NCBI GenBank assembly: GCA_046735395.1
Contig: JBJKQR010000014.1
Location: 1 to 52,793 of the forward strand
Length of the DNA stretch: 52,793 nucleotides
Direction: 5' to 3'
From: Fidelibacterota bacterium
GTDB taxonomy: Bacteria > Fidelibacterota > Fidelibacteria > Fidelibacterales > DSDE01
A program made the translations under genes and the position numbers. Shown here piece by piece: positions 19,097 to 29,178 of the stretch. Below the pieces are notes generated by a model. It did not search any database and had not been told where the DNA came from. It was given only the letters and a program-made list of their open reading frames with translations. How positions within the stretch are numbered: the stretch's first letter is position 1; each line of letters starts with the position of its first letter.

Positions 19097-19599
19097 TGAT
19101 GAAAAAATTTAAATCCCTGATGGACAAGGCACTGGAAACGGTGATCATTGTACTCATGGGCGCCAATGTGCTCAACGTCCTCTGGCAGGTATTCACCCGC
19201 TTTATCATGAATAATCCCTCATCCTTCACCGAGGAACTTGCGCGCTATCTCCTGATCTGGGTCGGATTGCTGACGGCCGCCTATATTGTCAGTCTCAACC
19301 AGCATCTTGCCATTGATCTGCTGCAGACAAAGGTGTCTGCTGTCAGCCGTAAATCACTGGAACTGATCGTTCATGCGCTGATTTTCATTTTTGCGCTCTT
19401 TGTGCTGATTGTAGGCGGGGTGAGGCTGGTTTTCATTACCCTGGAACTGAATCAGATTTCGGCGGCCCTGCAGATTCATCTTGGTTATGTCTATACCGTT
19501 CTGCCCCTCAGCGGCCTGATCATCTGTTTCTATTCTGCCTATGCCTTTGCCGAGCGGATTTTTACGGATAGTGAAGAAGGGGGGGCTGTCCAATGTTAA
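19096..19599 (+). CDS. dctQ: TRAP transporter small permease
   Basis: Four hydrophobic segments with QVFTRF..N.PS.FTEELARYL.IW and HLAID; sits between dctP and dctM. Confidence 0.93.
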   Translation: MMKKFKSLMDKALETVIIVLMGANVLNVLWQVFTRFIMNNPSSFTEELARYLLIWVGLLTAAYIVSLNQHLAIDLLQTKVSAVSRKSLELIVHALIFIFALFVLIVGGVRLVFITLELNQISAALQIHLGYVYTVLPLSGLIICFYSAYAFAERIFTDSEEGGAVQC

Positions 19600-20885
19600 C
19601 CGGAGCGTTTGTACTTGCCATTTCCTTCGCCGTGTTTCTCATCATCGGCGTGCCCATTTCCTTCAGTATCGGCCTGGCCACCATGCTGACCATGATACTG
19701 TCCATCCATCCTCTGGCCGCCATGACGACCATTTCCCAGCAGATGGCCACCGGCCTTGATTCATTTGCCCTGCTGGCCATTCCCTTCTTCGTGCTTTCCG
19801 GTCAGCTGATGAATCACGGCGGAATCGCCCGCCGTCTGATCGAGGCTGCAAAAGTCGTCGTGGGGCCCCTGCCCGGCGGACTGGCCTTTGTCAATATCAT
19901 CGCTGCCATGTTTTTCGGCGCCATCTCCGGATCTGCCGTAGCGGCCGCCGCGGCCATCGGCGGATTCATGACTCCGAAAATGAGGGAGGAAGGCTATGAC
20001 CTGAATTACAGCGCTGCAGTCAATATTACCTCCTCCACAACAGGCCTCATCATTCCGCCATCCAACATTCTGATCGTCTATTCCCTGGCCAGCGGCGGTG
20101 TGAGTATTGCCGCCCTTTTCCTCGCCGGGTATATTCCCGGTATTCTGGTGGGACTGTCGCTGATGATTGTCGCCGGATTCATTGCCCACAAGAAAGGCTA
20201 TCCTGTCATTCACCGGGGAAGTCTGAAGGAATCACTGCTGAGCCTTCTGGATGCCGTCCCCAGCATGCTGCTCATTGTCATCGTCATCGGCGGAATCGTG
20301 GCCGGTTACTTCACAGCTACGGAAGCATCCGCTATTGCGGTACTCTACACGCTCATTCTCGCTCTCGCCTACCGGGAAGTGAAATGGAAGGATATCCCTT
20401 CAATTCTGCTATCCTCGGCAAAAACCACATCCATTGTCATGCTCCTGATCGCCACATCCATGGCCATGAGCTGGGTCATGTCCTTTGAGAATATTCCGCA
20501 GAATATATCAGCCGCGCTCATTGCGCTCACCGATTCGAAAATCGTCATTCTGCTGATCATCAATCTTATTCTGCTCGTCGTCGGAACATTTATGGACATG
20601 ACGCCCGCCGTCCTCATCTTCACACCCATATTCCTACCGGTTGTGACGCTGCTGGGTGTGAATCCCATTCATTTCGGCATTATGATGGTGCTGAATCTGT
20701 CCATCGGCCTCTGTACGCCGCCGGTGGGTTCGGTGCTGTTCGTGGGCACAGGTATCGCCGAGACACGCATTGAAAAAGTGATCAGGCCGCTTCTGCCGCT
20801 CTATGCCGCCATGTTCGTAGCCCTGATTCTGGTTTCCTATGTTCCGTGGTTCTCCATGGTTCTGCCCAAATTCTTCGGATATTGA
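19593..20885 (+). CDS. dctM: TRAP transporter large permease
   Basis: Motifs LLAIPFF, FGAISGSAVA, IIPPS, ALFLAG, TATEAS and IGLCTPPVG. Confidence 0.95.
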   Translation: MLTGAFVLAISFAVFLIIGVPISFSIGLATMLTMILSIHPLAAMTTISQQMATGLDSFALLAIPFFVLSGQLMNHGGIARRLIEAAKVVVGPLPGGLAFVNIIAAMFFGAISGSAVAAAAAIGGFMTPKMREEGYDLNYSAAVNITSSTTGLIIPPSNILIVYSLASGGVSIAALFLAGYIPGILVGLSLMIVAGFIAHKKGYPVIHRGSLKESLLSLLDAVPSMLLIVIVIGGIVAGYFTATEASAIAVLYTLILALAYREVKWKDIPSILLSSAKTTSIVMLLIATSMAMSWVMSFENIPQNISAALIALTDSKIVILLIINLILLVVGTFMDMTPAVLIFTPIFLPVVTLLGVNPIHFGIMMVLNLSIGLCTPPVGSVLFVGTGIAETRIEKVIRPLLPLYAAMFVALILVSYVPWFSMVLPKFFGY

Positions 20886-20919
20886 TAACAATTATTTAAT
20901 AGAGATGTAAAGGAATCAA

Positions 20920-21744
20920 ATGCAAAAAGAGTATTCATTTAATTTCAGCGGGAAGCGGATCGCCGTCACCGGTGGCGCCGGAGTTCTCGGTGCGGATCTC
21001 GTCCGGTCCCTGGTTCATGCAGGCGCCAATGTGGCCGTCATGGACCTCAATCTGGAAGCAGCCTCGGCGCTTTGTTCATCATTGAAATCCGATGTGGGAG
21101 AAGCCTTCGCCGTTGAGACGAATGTCCTGGACCGGGAATCCGTGAAGGAATCCATGCACCTGGTCCTGGAAAAATTCGGCGGAATCGACATGCTGGTGAA
21201 TGCGGCCGGCGGTAATAACCCGAAGGCGACCACATCCGCGGATCTGTCCTTCTTTGACCTGCCGCAGGAAGCCATGAATTTTGTTTTTAATCTGAATCTG
21301 ATGGGGACCATTTTGCCCTCGCAGATCGTGGGAAAACATTTCGCGGAACGGGGTGAAGGCGTGATTCTCAATGTCAGTTCCATGAATGCCTTCCGTCCGC
21401 TGACCCGGATTCCTGCCTACTCTGCCGCCAAGGCCGGTGTATCCAATTTCACTCAGTGGCTGGCGGTTCATATGGCTCAGGAATATTCTCCGAAAATTCG
21501 GGTCAATGCCATTGCCCCTGGATTTTTCCTGACCAAACAGAATGAATTTCTCCTGAAAAATAAGGAGGACGGGTCCTTGACCGCCCGCGGGACTGCCATT
21601 CTCACTCACATTCCGCAGGGCGATTTCGGCCGGCCGGACCACCTGACCGGCACCGTCATGTGGCTGCTGTCCTCCGCGTCCGAATATGTCACAGGTATCG
21701 TTGTGCCCGTGGACGGCGGTTTCAGCGCCTTCAGCGGCGTTTAA
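20920..21744 (+). CDS. uxuB: SDR-family D-mannonate oxidoreductase (fructuronate reductase)
   Basis: TGGAGVLG, NAAGGN and SSMNAFRPLTRIPAYSAAKA.VSNFTQWLAVH, NAIAPGFF, VPVDGGFSA match the SDR-type mannonate oxidoreductases. It lies in the uxaC operon. Confidence 0.8.
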   Translation: MQKEYSFNFSGKRIAVTGGAGVLGADLVRSLVHAGANVAVMDLNLEAASALCSSLKSDVGEAFAVETNVLDRESVKESMHLVLEKFGGIDMLVNAAGGNNPKATTSADLSFFDLPQEAMNFVFNLNLMGTILPSQIVGKHFAERGEGVILNVSSMNAFRPLTRIPAYSAAKAGVSNFTQWLAVHMAQEYSPKIRVNAIAPGFFLTKQNEFLLKNKEDGSLTARGTAILTHIPQGDFGRPDHLTGTVMWLLSSASEYVTGIVVPVDGGFSAFSGV

Positions 21745-21780
21745 TCACAGAATATAAACCGAAAATTAAAGGGAACTTTT

Positions 21781-23235
21781 ATGAGTCAATATAACATGGG
21801 CCTGATCGGCCTTGCCGTGATGGGCGAAAATCTGGTTCTGAACATGGAGAGCAAAGGCTTCTCTGTAGCGGTCTTCAACCGCAGCGTTCAGAAAGTCACG
21901 AACTTCATGGAAGGCCGGGCTGCCGGAAAGAATATCAAGGGATGTTTCAGTATTGAAGAGCTGGTGGCATCCCTGGAACGGCCGCGGAAGATCATTCTGC
22001 TGGTCAAGGCCGGACAGGCAGTGGATGATTTTATCGAGAAGCTGATTCCTCATCTGCAGGAAGGCGATATTATCATAGACGGCGGTAACAGCCATTTCCC
22101 CGATACCATCCGCAGGACGAAATACGTGGAAAGCAAAGATCTGCTGTATATCGGAACCGGTGTATCCGGCGGGGAAGAGGGCGCGCTGACCGGGCCATCC
22201 ATCATGCCCGGCGGATCTGCCAAAGCCTGGACTGCCGTCAAACCGGTACTGCAGTCCATTGCCGCGAAGGTCGAGGACGGATCACCCTGCTGTGAATGGA
22301 TCGGCGCGGATGGCGCCGGACATTTCGTGAAGATGGTTCACAACGGCATCGAATACGGCGATATGCAGATGATCAGCGAAGCCTATTCCATCATGAAAAA
22401 TGTTCTGGGCATGTCAAACCTGGAAATGTCCGAAACGCTGGGCGAATGGAATAAGGGCGAGCTGGATTCCTATCTCATTGAAATTACCCGTGATATCCTG
22501 GCCAAGACAGACGAGGAAAGCGGCCGGTTTATCGTGGATCTCATTCTGGATACAGCCGGGCAGAAGGGAACCGGACGCTGGACTTCTCAGGAAGCCCTGA
22601 ATGTGGGGACGCCCAGCCCGACTATCGCCGAAGCGGTTTTTGCCCGATCCATGTCCGCCATCAAGGAGGAACGGGTGGCCGCATCAAAAGTTCTCCAGGC
22701 CCCGGATATCAAATTCACCGGTGATAAAAAGGAAGTGCTGGAACAGATACGGAAGGGACTCTTCGCCTCAAAGATCTGTTCCTATGCCCAGGGCTTTCAG
22801 CTGATGCGGGCAGCTGCAGATCAGTATAGATGGGATCTGAACTACGGCGAAATCGCGCTGATGTGGCGCGGCGGCTGTATTATCCGGGCCCAGTTCCTGG
22901 GAAAAATCAAGGAAGCCTTTGACCGCCAGCCCGATCTTCCCAACCTGCTTCTCGACGATTATTTCAAATCCATTATCCATGACAATCAGGCCTCATGGAG
23001 ACAGGCTGTATCACTGGCCGTGCTCCACGGACTGCCTATTCCCGCATTCACGTCGGCTCTGGCCTATTTTGACGGCTACCGCACTGCTACGCTTCCGGCG
23101 AATCTGCTTCAGGCTCAGCGCGATTATTTCGGCGCCCATACCTACGAACGGGTGGACCGGGAACGGGGTCAGTTCTTCCATACGAACTGGACCGGCCGCG
23201 GCGGGGATACGGTCGCGACGACGTATAATAATTAA
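21781..23235 (+). CDS. gndA: NADP-dependent 6-phosphogluconate dehydrogenase (decarboxylating)
   Basis: Motifs [52 protein letters not shown] and [14 protein letters not shown]. Confidence 0.97.
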   Translation: MSQYNMGLIGLAVMGENLVLNMESKGFSVAVFNRSVQKVTNFMEGRAAGKNIKGCFSIEELVASLERPRKIILLVKAGQAVDDFIEKLIPHLQEGDIIIDGGNSHFPDTIRRTKYVESKDLLYIGTGVSGGEEGALTGPSIMPGGSAKAWTAVKPVLQSIAAKVEDGSPCCEWIGADGAGHFVKMVHNGIEYGDMQMISEAYSIMKNVLGMSNLEMSETLGEWNKGELDSYLIEITRDILAKTDEESGRFIVDLILDTAGQKGTGRWTSQEALNVGTPSPTIAEAVFARSMSAIKEERVAASKVLQAPDIKFTGDKKEVLEQIRKGLFASKICSYAQGFQLMRAAADQYRWDLNYGEIALMWRGGCIIRAQFLGKIKEAFDRQPDLPNLLLDDYFKSIIHDNQASWRQAVSLAVLHGLPIPAFTSALAYFDGYRTATLPANLLQAQRDYFGAHTYERVDRERGQFFHTNWTGRGGDTVATTYNN

Positions 23236-23262
23236 TTCAATCACCCGGCCGGGAGGGCTGTC

Positions 23263-24513
23263 ATGACACTCAGTAAAATAAACAGCGAGTCTTTCCTTCA
23301 GGATGAGGATATTCAGGAAATCTGCGAACAGGCTTTTCAGAAGGTGAAACCGGATGGCAGGAAACTGCTTTTCGTAATTCCGGACAATACACGGTCGGCG
23401 CCCATTGACCGGATGTTCCGGGCCATTTACAGTATCGCGGCAAACCGGGCAGCAGCACTGGATTTTATCGTTGCGCTCGGGACCCATCCTCCCATGAGCG
23501 ATGAGGAAATCGACCGGCGGCTGGGACTGAAAGCGGGTGATCGGGAAACGCTTTATCCGAAGGCACGTTTTTTCAATCACCAGTGGAAAAAGGAAGGACA
23601 GCTGCGCAAAATCGGGACACTGACGACCGAAGATGTTCAGGAGATTTCGGAAGGCCGCATGTCCGAACCGGTGGATATCACCATTAATAAGATGGTGTTT
23701 GATTACGATGCCGTCATTATTGTCGGGCCTGTCTTTCCACACGAGGTAGTCGGTTTTTCAGGCGGAAATAAATATCTGTTTCCCGGTATCTCAGGTCAGG
23801 AAATCATCGATATGTTTCACTGGCTGGGCGCGCTGATCACCAGCCCCGGCATCATAGGCCGGGCTTACACGCCGGTGCGCGCCGTGGTGGACAAGGCCGC
23901 CTCCTTCCTGAAAATGGAGAAATATGCCTTTACTCTGGTGGTGAAGGGCCATGGTGATCTGGCCGGACTCTTCTTTGATGAACCTGAGCCTGCCTGGGAA
24001 GAAGCCGCAAAACTGTCCGACAGGCTGCACATTGTCTATAAGGATCATCCCTTCAGACAGATCCTGTCGGTTGCACCGACCATGTATGATGATCTGTGGG
24101 TCGGCGCCAAGTGCATGTACAAGCTGGAACCGGTTGTGGCCGATGACGGGGAACTGATCATCTATGCGCCTCATATTCACGAGATATCGGTGACCCATGG
24201 CCCGCTGATCGAGGAAATCGGATACCATTCACTGCCGTATTTCACGACACAGATGCATCGTTTTTCCCATATCCCGGGAGGAATTCTGGCCCATTCCACG
24301 CATGTGCGGGGTGCCGGAAGCTATGAGGACGGTGTGGAAAGAAACCGTGTCCGGGTAACGCTGGCCACAGGCATTCCCGAAGAGCTTTGCAGGAAAATAA
24401 ACCTTGGATATCGCGATCCGGAATCCATAAACTTTGATGATTTCAAAGACAGGGAGGATGAAGGTATTCTCTTTGTGCCGCGTGCCGGAGAAATGCTTTA
24501 TCGCCTGAAATAA
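23263..24513 (+). CDS. LarA-family (nickel-pincer) hydroxy-acid racemase/epimerase, likely D-mannonate/D-gluconate 2-epimerase
   Basis: LarA-type motifs IPDNTR, ALGTH.PM, NH.W and PHEVVGFSGG.KY.FPG. Located after the uxuB-like SDR and gnd. The substrate is inferred from context. Confidence 0.75.
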   Translation: MTLSKINSESFLQDEDIQEICEQAFQKVKPDGRKLLFVIPDNTRSAPIDRMFRAIYSIAANRAAALDFIVALGTHPPMSDEEIDRRLGLKAGDRETLYPKARFFNHQWKKEGQLRKIGTLTTEDVQEISEGRMSEPVDITINKMVFDYDAVIIVGPVFPHEVVGFSGGNKYLFPGISGQEIIDMFHWLGALITSPGIIGRAYTPVRAVVDKAASFLKMEKYAFTLVVKGHGDLAGLFFDEPEPAWEEAAKLSDRLHIVYKDHPFRQILSVAPTMYDDLWVGAKCMYKLEPVVADDGELIIYAPHIHEISVTHGPLIEEIGYHSLPYFTTQMHRFSHIPGGILAHSTHVRGAGSYEDGVERNRVRVTLATGIPEELCRKINLGYRDPESINFDDFKDREDEGILFVPRAGEMLYRLK

Positions 24514-24538
24514 CACGATTAAGAAAGGGAGTTCCGTG

Positions 24539-25699
24539 ATGAGAAAATTCCTGCCTGGCGTTCTGATATTACTGGCCGGCCTCAGCGGCTGTTCCAGGGA
24601 AGTGATGATGACTTTTACGGTTACCAATTCCCTCGATATGAACAGGCCCGGAGAAGTGGTGGAAGTTCCGGTGGATTCGAAGCTCGAAGCCCTGCTGAGC
24701 CCGCAGACGGAACCTGTCTGTGTCGCTGAAGACGGACATCTCTGTTCCACCCAGGTCGTGGACGATAACGGGGATGGCGAAGCGGAATATTTCGTTTTCC
24801 AGGATAATTTCGAAGCGCTGTCCACACAGCGTTATGAACTCGTACTGAAGGAGAAAAAGGCGGATTCACTTGATAACGGCCCCGTTTATGCCATGTTTGT
24901 CCCGCAGAGAATGGATGATTTTGCCTGGGAAAACGATAAAATCGCATTCAGAATGTACGGCCCGGCTCTGCAGGCAACGGGAGAAATTTCATCAGGAATT
25001 GATGCATGGTGTAAAAATGTAAGCTATCCCATTCTGGAGAAATGGTACAGTCCGGGAATGGATTATCATACGGATCACGGTGAAGGCGGGGACTTTTATA
25101 AAGTGGGACGCTCGGCCGGCAACGGCGGTACCGCTTTCATTTATAAGAACCACGCGCTGTTCTCAGATAATTTCATCAGCTGGCATATCATTGCGAAGGG
25201 TCCTCTGAGAACGATATTCGAACTGGATTATGCGCCCTGGACGGTAGCCACATTCAAGGTCAGTGAAAAAAAACGAATTCAGCTGGATGCCGGATCCCAT
25301 TTCAATTATATCACGTCCACGTACAGCAGGGAATCCGGGACAATACCTGACGGAATCAGCGTCGGAGCCGGTATTCCCAGCGTCAATCATCCCGGCCTGC
25401 ACTATCTGAATCCGGGGGATGAATCCTGCGTGGCATCCTTTGAACCACTGGAACACGATAACGGCTTCATGGGGCAGGCCGTCTTTTCTGCCGATCCGGA
25501 TGCCTATCCTGTTCTCGATGCCGATGAACATCGTTTTCTGCTCTTTCCCTTTTCCGATGACGACATGATCGTCGAGTATTTTGCCGGTTTTTACTGGAAT
25601 AAGGAATCCGGGATTGATACGGATCAGGCCTTTATGAAACAGGTGAAAATAGATATTCTCAAGCGTCGTCAGCCCTTAACTGTTGATTTAATGGAGTAA
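24539..25699 (+). CDS. DUF4861-family lipoprotein
   Basis: Lipobox LSGC; motifs FVPQRMDDFAWENDKIAFRMYGP, SSGID.W.K, YH.DHGEG.DFYKVG and GPLRT.FEL.Y. Start is GTG 24536 or ATG 24539. Confidence 0.8.
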   Translation: MRKFLPGVLILLAGLSGCSREVMMTFTVTNSLDMNRPGEVVEVPVDSKLEALLSPQTEPVCVAEDGHLCSTQVVDDNGDGEAEYFVFQDNFEALSTQRYELVLKEKKADSLDNGPVYAMFVPQRMDDFAWENDKIAFRMYGPALQATGEISSGIDAWCKNVSYPILEKWYSPGMDYHTDHGEGGDFYKVGRSAGNGGTAFIYKNHALFSDNFISWHIIAKGPLRTIFELDYAPWTVATFKVSEKKRIQLDAGSHFNYITSTYSRESGTIPDGISVGAGIPSVNHPGLHYLNPGDESCVASFEPLEHDNGFMGQAVFSADPDAYPVLDADEHRFLLFPFSDDDMIVEYFAGFYWNKESGIDTDQAFMKQVKIDILKRRQPLTVDLME

Positions 25700-25704
25700 T
25701 ACTT

Positions 25705-26535
25705 ATGAAAACATTGATATTTCCACGTCCGGATCATCTGGATCTGATGACGAACCGCGAACTTGAGGACAGTTTCTGTTTTCCGCGAATATTTCAAAAG
25801 GATCAGATTCTGCTCATGCACGCAGAATCGGAGCGGGCCATTGCGGGCGGAGCTTGTCCCACAGGTGAAGTACTTGAATTGTTACCGGAAGCGGAGATGC
25901 GGGCGGAATATTTCTGCCAGCGGCGTGAGCTCGGAATCATCAATGTCGGCGGCGCCGGAAGTATAAAAACGGAGACTGCCGAATACAGACTTGAAAAACT
26001 GGAAGCCCTGTATCTGGGACGCGGTACAAAAAAAATCCGATTTTCCTCGGATGATGCGAAGAATCCGGCTAAATACTATCTACTCAGCTATCCGGCACAT
26101 CAGGATCATCCTTCACGGAAAATTTCGAAGTCGGAAGCGAATATTCTGGAAATGGGGAGCAGCGAAGATTCCAATAAGCGAACCATTCACCAATTCATAC
26201 TTCCCACCATTCTCCCGACCTGTCAGCTGGTCATGGGCCTGACCATTCTGGCTCCCGGTTCGGTCTGGAATACTATGCCTGCCCATACTCACGCCCGACG
26301 GACGGAAGTCTATATGTACTTCGATCTTCCTGAGGAACATCGGGTTCTGCACCTGATGGGTGAGCCCTCAAATACCAAGCATATCGTACTGGAAAATGAA
26401 TCGGCCGTCTTTTCCCCGACCTGGAGCATCCACAGCGGCTGCGGTACCCACGCCTATTCCTTCATCTGGGGGATGGGAGGTGAAAATCAGGATTATACCG
26501 ATATGGATTTTGTCGCCATGGAGGATCTGGGATGA
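25705..26535 (+). CDS. kduI: 5-dehydro-4-deoxy-D-glucuronate isomerase
   Basis: Motifs RRELGIINVGG, SNKRTI, QLVMGLT.L..GSVWNTMPAHTH.RR.EVY.YF, SP.WSIHSGCG and YSFIWGMGGENQ. Confidence 0.96.
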   Translation: MKTLIFPRPDHLDLMTNRELEDSFCFPRIFQKDQILLMHAESERAIAGGACPTGEVLELLPEAEMRAEYFCQRRELGIINVGGAGSIKTETAEYRLEKLEALYLGRGTKKIRFSSDDAKNPAKYYLLSYPAHQDHPSRKISKSEANILEMGSSEDSNKRTIHQFILPTILPTCQLVMGLTILAPGSVWNTMPAHTHARRTEVYMYFDLPEEHRVLHLMGEPSNTKHIVLENESAVFSPTWSIHSGCGTHAYSFIWGMGGENQDYTDMDFVAMEDLG

Positions 26536-27296
26536 CGGATTTATTCAGCCTCAAGGGAAAAACTGCGTTGGTCACCGGCTGCAGCAGGGGAATCGGAAAA
26601 GCCATGGCTGTCGCTCTGGCTGAGGCCGGTGCAGATATTATCGGTGTCTCCGCGTCCCTTCCTCTGAAGGATTCGGAAGCAGGGCAGGAGGTCGCGTCCA
26701 CCGGACGCAAATTTTATCCGTTTCAATGTGATTTCAGTTCCCGGGAATCTCTTTATAAATTCATTTCAGCCGTGAAGCAGCAATTCAGCGAAATCGATAT
26801 TCTCGTCAATAATGCCGGAACCATCCTGCGTAAACCTGCGTTGGAGCATCCCGATGAATACTGGGACAAGGTGATCGAAGTGAATCTCAGCGCCCAGTTC
26901 ATTCTGAGTCGTGAAATCGGCAAGATCATGGCCGCAAACGGCAGCGGAAAAATCATTTTCACGGCCTCGCTGCTCACCTTTCAGGGCGGTATCACGGTGC
27001 CGGGCTATGCCGCCGCAAAGGGAGGCCTGGGACAGCTGACCATGGCCCTGTCCAATGAACTGGCCTCCATGAATATACAGGTCAATGCCATTGCTCCCGG
27101 CTATATTGCCACCGACAATACGGAAGCGCTGCAGAAGGATCCGCAGCGTTCTAAGGCCATTCTGGAACGCATACCGGCCGGCCGCTGGGGCAGACCGGAC
27201 GATTTCAGGGGGCCGGTCGTCTTTCTCGCATCCGCCGCGTCCGATTATATGAATGGCGCCATCATGCCCGTCGATGGCGGATGGCTGGGACGCTGA
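26532..27296 (+). CDS. kduD: 2-dehydro-3-deoxy-D-gluconate 5-dehydrogenase
   Basis: Motifs FSLKGKTALVTG, NNAGTI.R, ASLLTFQGG..VPGYAAAKGG and RIPAGRWG. Overlaps the kduI stop. Confidence 0.93.
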   Translation: MTDLFSLKGKTALVTGCSRGIGKAMAVALAEAGADIIGVSASLPLKDSEAGQEVASTGRKFYPFQCDFSSRESLYKFISAVKQQFSEIDILVNNAGTILRKPALEHPDEYWDKVIEVNLSAQFILSREIGKIMAANGSGKIIFTASLLTFQGGITVPGYAAAKGGLGQLTMALSNELASMNIQVNAIAPGYIATDNTEALQKDPQRSKAILERIPAGRWGRPDDFRGPVVFLASAASDYMNGAIMPVDGGWLGR

Positions 27297-27398
27297 CCAA
27301 TCGTTTTCCGAGCGTCTCTGACTCATATTTACAGAATTGCCTTTTATCATAATCCTTCAATTCCGTAATTTCACCGGCTGAATTCAGGAGTTTTGCGT

Positions 27399-28157
27399 AT
27401 GGATGGTTTTCATCAGATTCTCTCATGGCTGCTGGTCTTTATCGCCGGTGTATCTGTCAGTTTTATCAATATCATGGCCGGCGGCGGATCGGTGATCAGC
27501 CTCAGTGTGCTCATGCTGCTGGGCATGGATGCAACCGTCGCAAACGGGACAAACCGGTTGGGAATTCTGACCGGGAACCTGTCGGGCGCCCTTACCTATA
27601 AAAGCGAGGGAATAGGGTCGCTGCGGCAGAGCCTGAAATTTGGTTTCTGGGCTCTTCCCGGAGCCATTCTCGGTGCCTGGCTGGCCGTTCGTATCGACTC
27701 GCTGCTTTTCCAGAGGATTCTGGGAATCGTGATGATTTTCGTGGTTTCGACGCTGTTTCTGCCGAAACAGAATGCGCTGGAGAACCCCTCGCTCACCGGA
27801 TATAAACGTTTTCTCATCCATCCGGTACTTTTTTTTATCGGATTTTACGGCGGATTCATCCAGGCCGGTGTGGGATTCATCATTATGGCATCTCTGCGGC
27901 ATCTGGCAAACATGAAACTGCTCAATATCAATGTCTTTAAAAACCATATCGTACTGCTTTATACCATCCCCATCATCTTCCTCTTCGGATTTTCCGGGAA
28001 AATACAATGGGGGTATGCCATCGTTCTGGCGTCCGGAAATGCGCTGGGAGCCTGGCTGTCTGTACGAATGTCCGTGCGACGCGGTGACCGCATCATCAAA
28101 TACGCCCTGTCCATCGCCATCCTGGTCATGGCGCTGAAATTATTTCTGTCCTGGTAA
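27399..28157 (+). CDS. TSUP (TauE/SafE) family membrane transporter
   Basis: Motifs FINIMAGGGS, ANGTNR, GAILGAW, GFYGGFIQAGVG and GNALGAW, with about 8 TM segments. RBS AGGAG sits 8 nt before ATG 27399. Confidence 0.88.
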   Translation: MDGFHQILSWLLVFIAGVSVSFINIMAGGGSVISLSVLMLLGMDATVANGTNRLGILTGNLSGALTYKSEGIGSLRQSLKFGFWALPGAILGAWLAVRIDSLLFQRILGIVMIFVVSTLFLPKQNALENPSLTGYKRFLIHPVLFFIGFYGGFIQAGVGFIIMASLRHLANMKLLNINVFKNHIVLLYTIPIIFLFGFSGKIQWGYAIVLASGNALGAWLSVRMSVRRGDRIIKYALSIAILVMALKLFLSW

Positions 28158-28177
28158 ATTGTTTATTACAGATGGTC

Positions 28178-28921
28178 TCAGAGCTGAAATTTTATGCTCA
28201 GTCCCTGACGGATGTCCGCGTCCCAGGGCTTCAGCCCGGAATAGGGTTCGGAATCATACCTGCCGGTTACCCGGGTAAAAAAGGAAAAGTGCTCAGAAAG
28301 TGTAATGCTGATTTTCCCTTCAAGGATGAGACGATAATTGTGAAAATTCGTGAGTGCCGGCTGAAGATATGAAACGGCATTTACATTAATCCGTTTTTGT
28401 GTGCTTGTTTCCTGAAGATTGACATAACTGCTGAGACGCGCTGTGTCTACGGTCGGCCCGTCCGTCAGAATTTCCTTTTCCTCCATCATCGAAAGCCCGG
28501 CTTTGAAATGTTCAGTGGGAACCCAGCGGATTCCGCCGCCTGCCAGATAACGCCCGTCAAGCAGCCTGCTTTTGTTATATTCCGCCTGGACAAATACTTC
28601 AGGCTGCCAGGTCTGTCTGACAAAATAAACAAAACGAAGATGCATGAAACCCTTGTCGCTGATACTGCTGGCTGAGCTGACGATACGGCTGTAATCCGAC
28701 AGGAGAAAGCTGGTCAGTCTGCCGTGACGCAGTACTACTGAAGGTGTAATCTGTGTCGAAAAGAGTTGGGAATTTCCGGATAGCCAGGTCACGGCATAGT
28801 CCACCGAAAGATGCACGCCATTCTTATCCAATGATAATCGCTGTTTCTCAATATTAACCTGCCCGGAAAGGAAGGTTACGCTCAGAAATACGATACTGAT
28901 TATTTGTTTCATCCTTTTCAT
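28178..28921 (-). CDS. DUF481-like outer-membrane beta-barrel protein
   Basis: Signal peptide then QVNIEK. Contains SGNS, HLRF, E.FVQ.EYN..LL..R.LAGGG.R, SY.QP.L..F..YR and RYDSEP, with amphipathic strands to the C-terminus. Confidence 0.7.
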   Translation of the reverse strand: MKRMKQIISIVFLSVTFLSGQVNIEKQRLSLDKNGVHLSVDYAVTWLSGNSQLFSTQITPSVVLRHGRLTSFLLSDYSRIVSSASSISDKGFMHLRFVYFVRQTWQPEVFVQAEYNKSRLLDGRYLAGGGIRWVPTEHFKAGLSMMEEKEILTDGPTVDTARLSSYVNLQETSTQKRINVNAVSYLQPALTNFHNYRLILEGKISITLSEHFSFFTRVTGRYDSEPYSGLKPWDADIRQGLSIKFQL

Positions 28922-29178
28922 ATGGAATAAAAATACAAAAAACGTCCCTAAAATACTGCAGCTTTTTGCGACTTTACCACTTTTGAGAATAGCGGGAAAA
29001 GGCCTATTTCAAAGCTGATATAACTTTATTGAGACTTGTAATAATTAATTATGTATCCATTTAATTATAAAGACGTTTTATAGTTTGGTACAGTAATTGT
29101 CAGTTTATATCAAAATGATTGGATTAATTAGAATTTGTATGAAACGAAACAGTTAACAAGAAAGGAAAGGGACAGATT

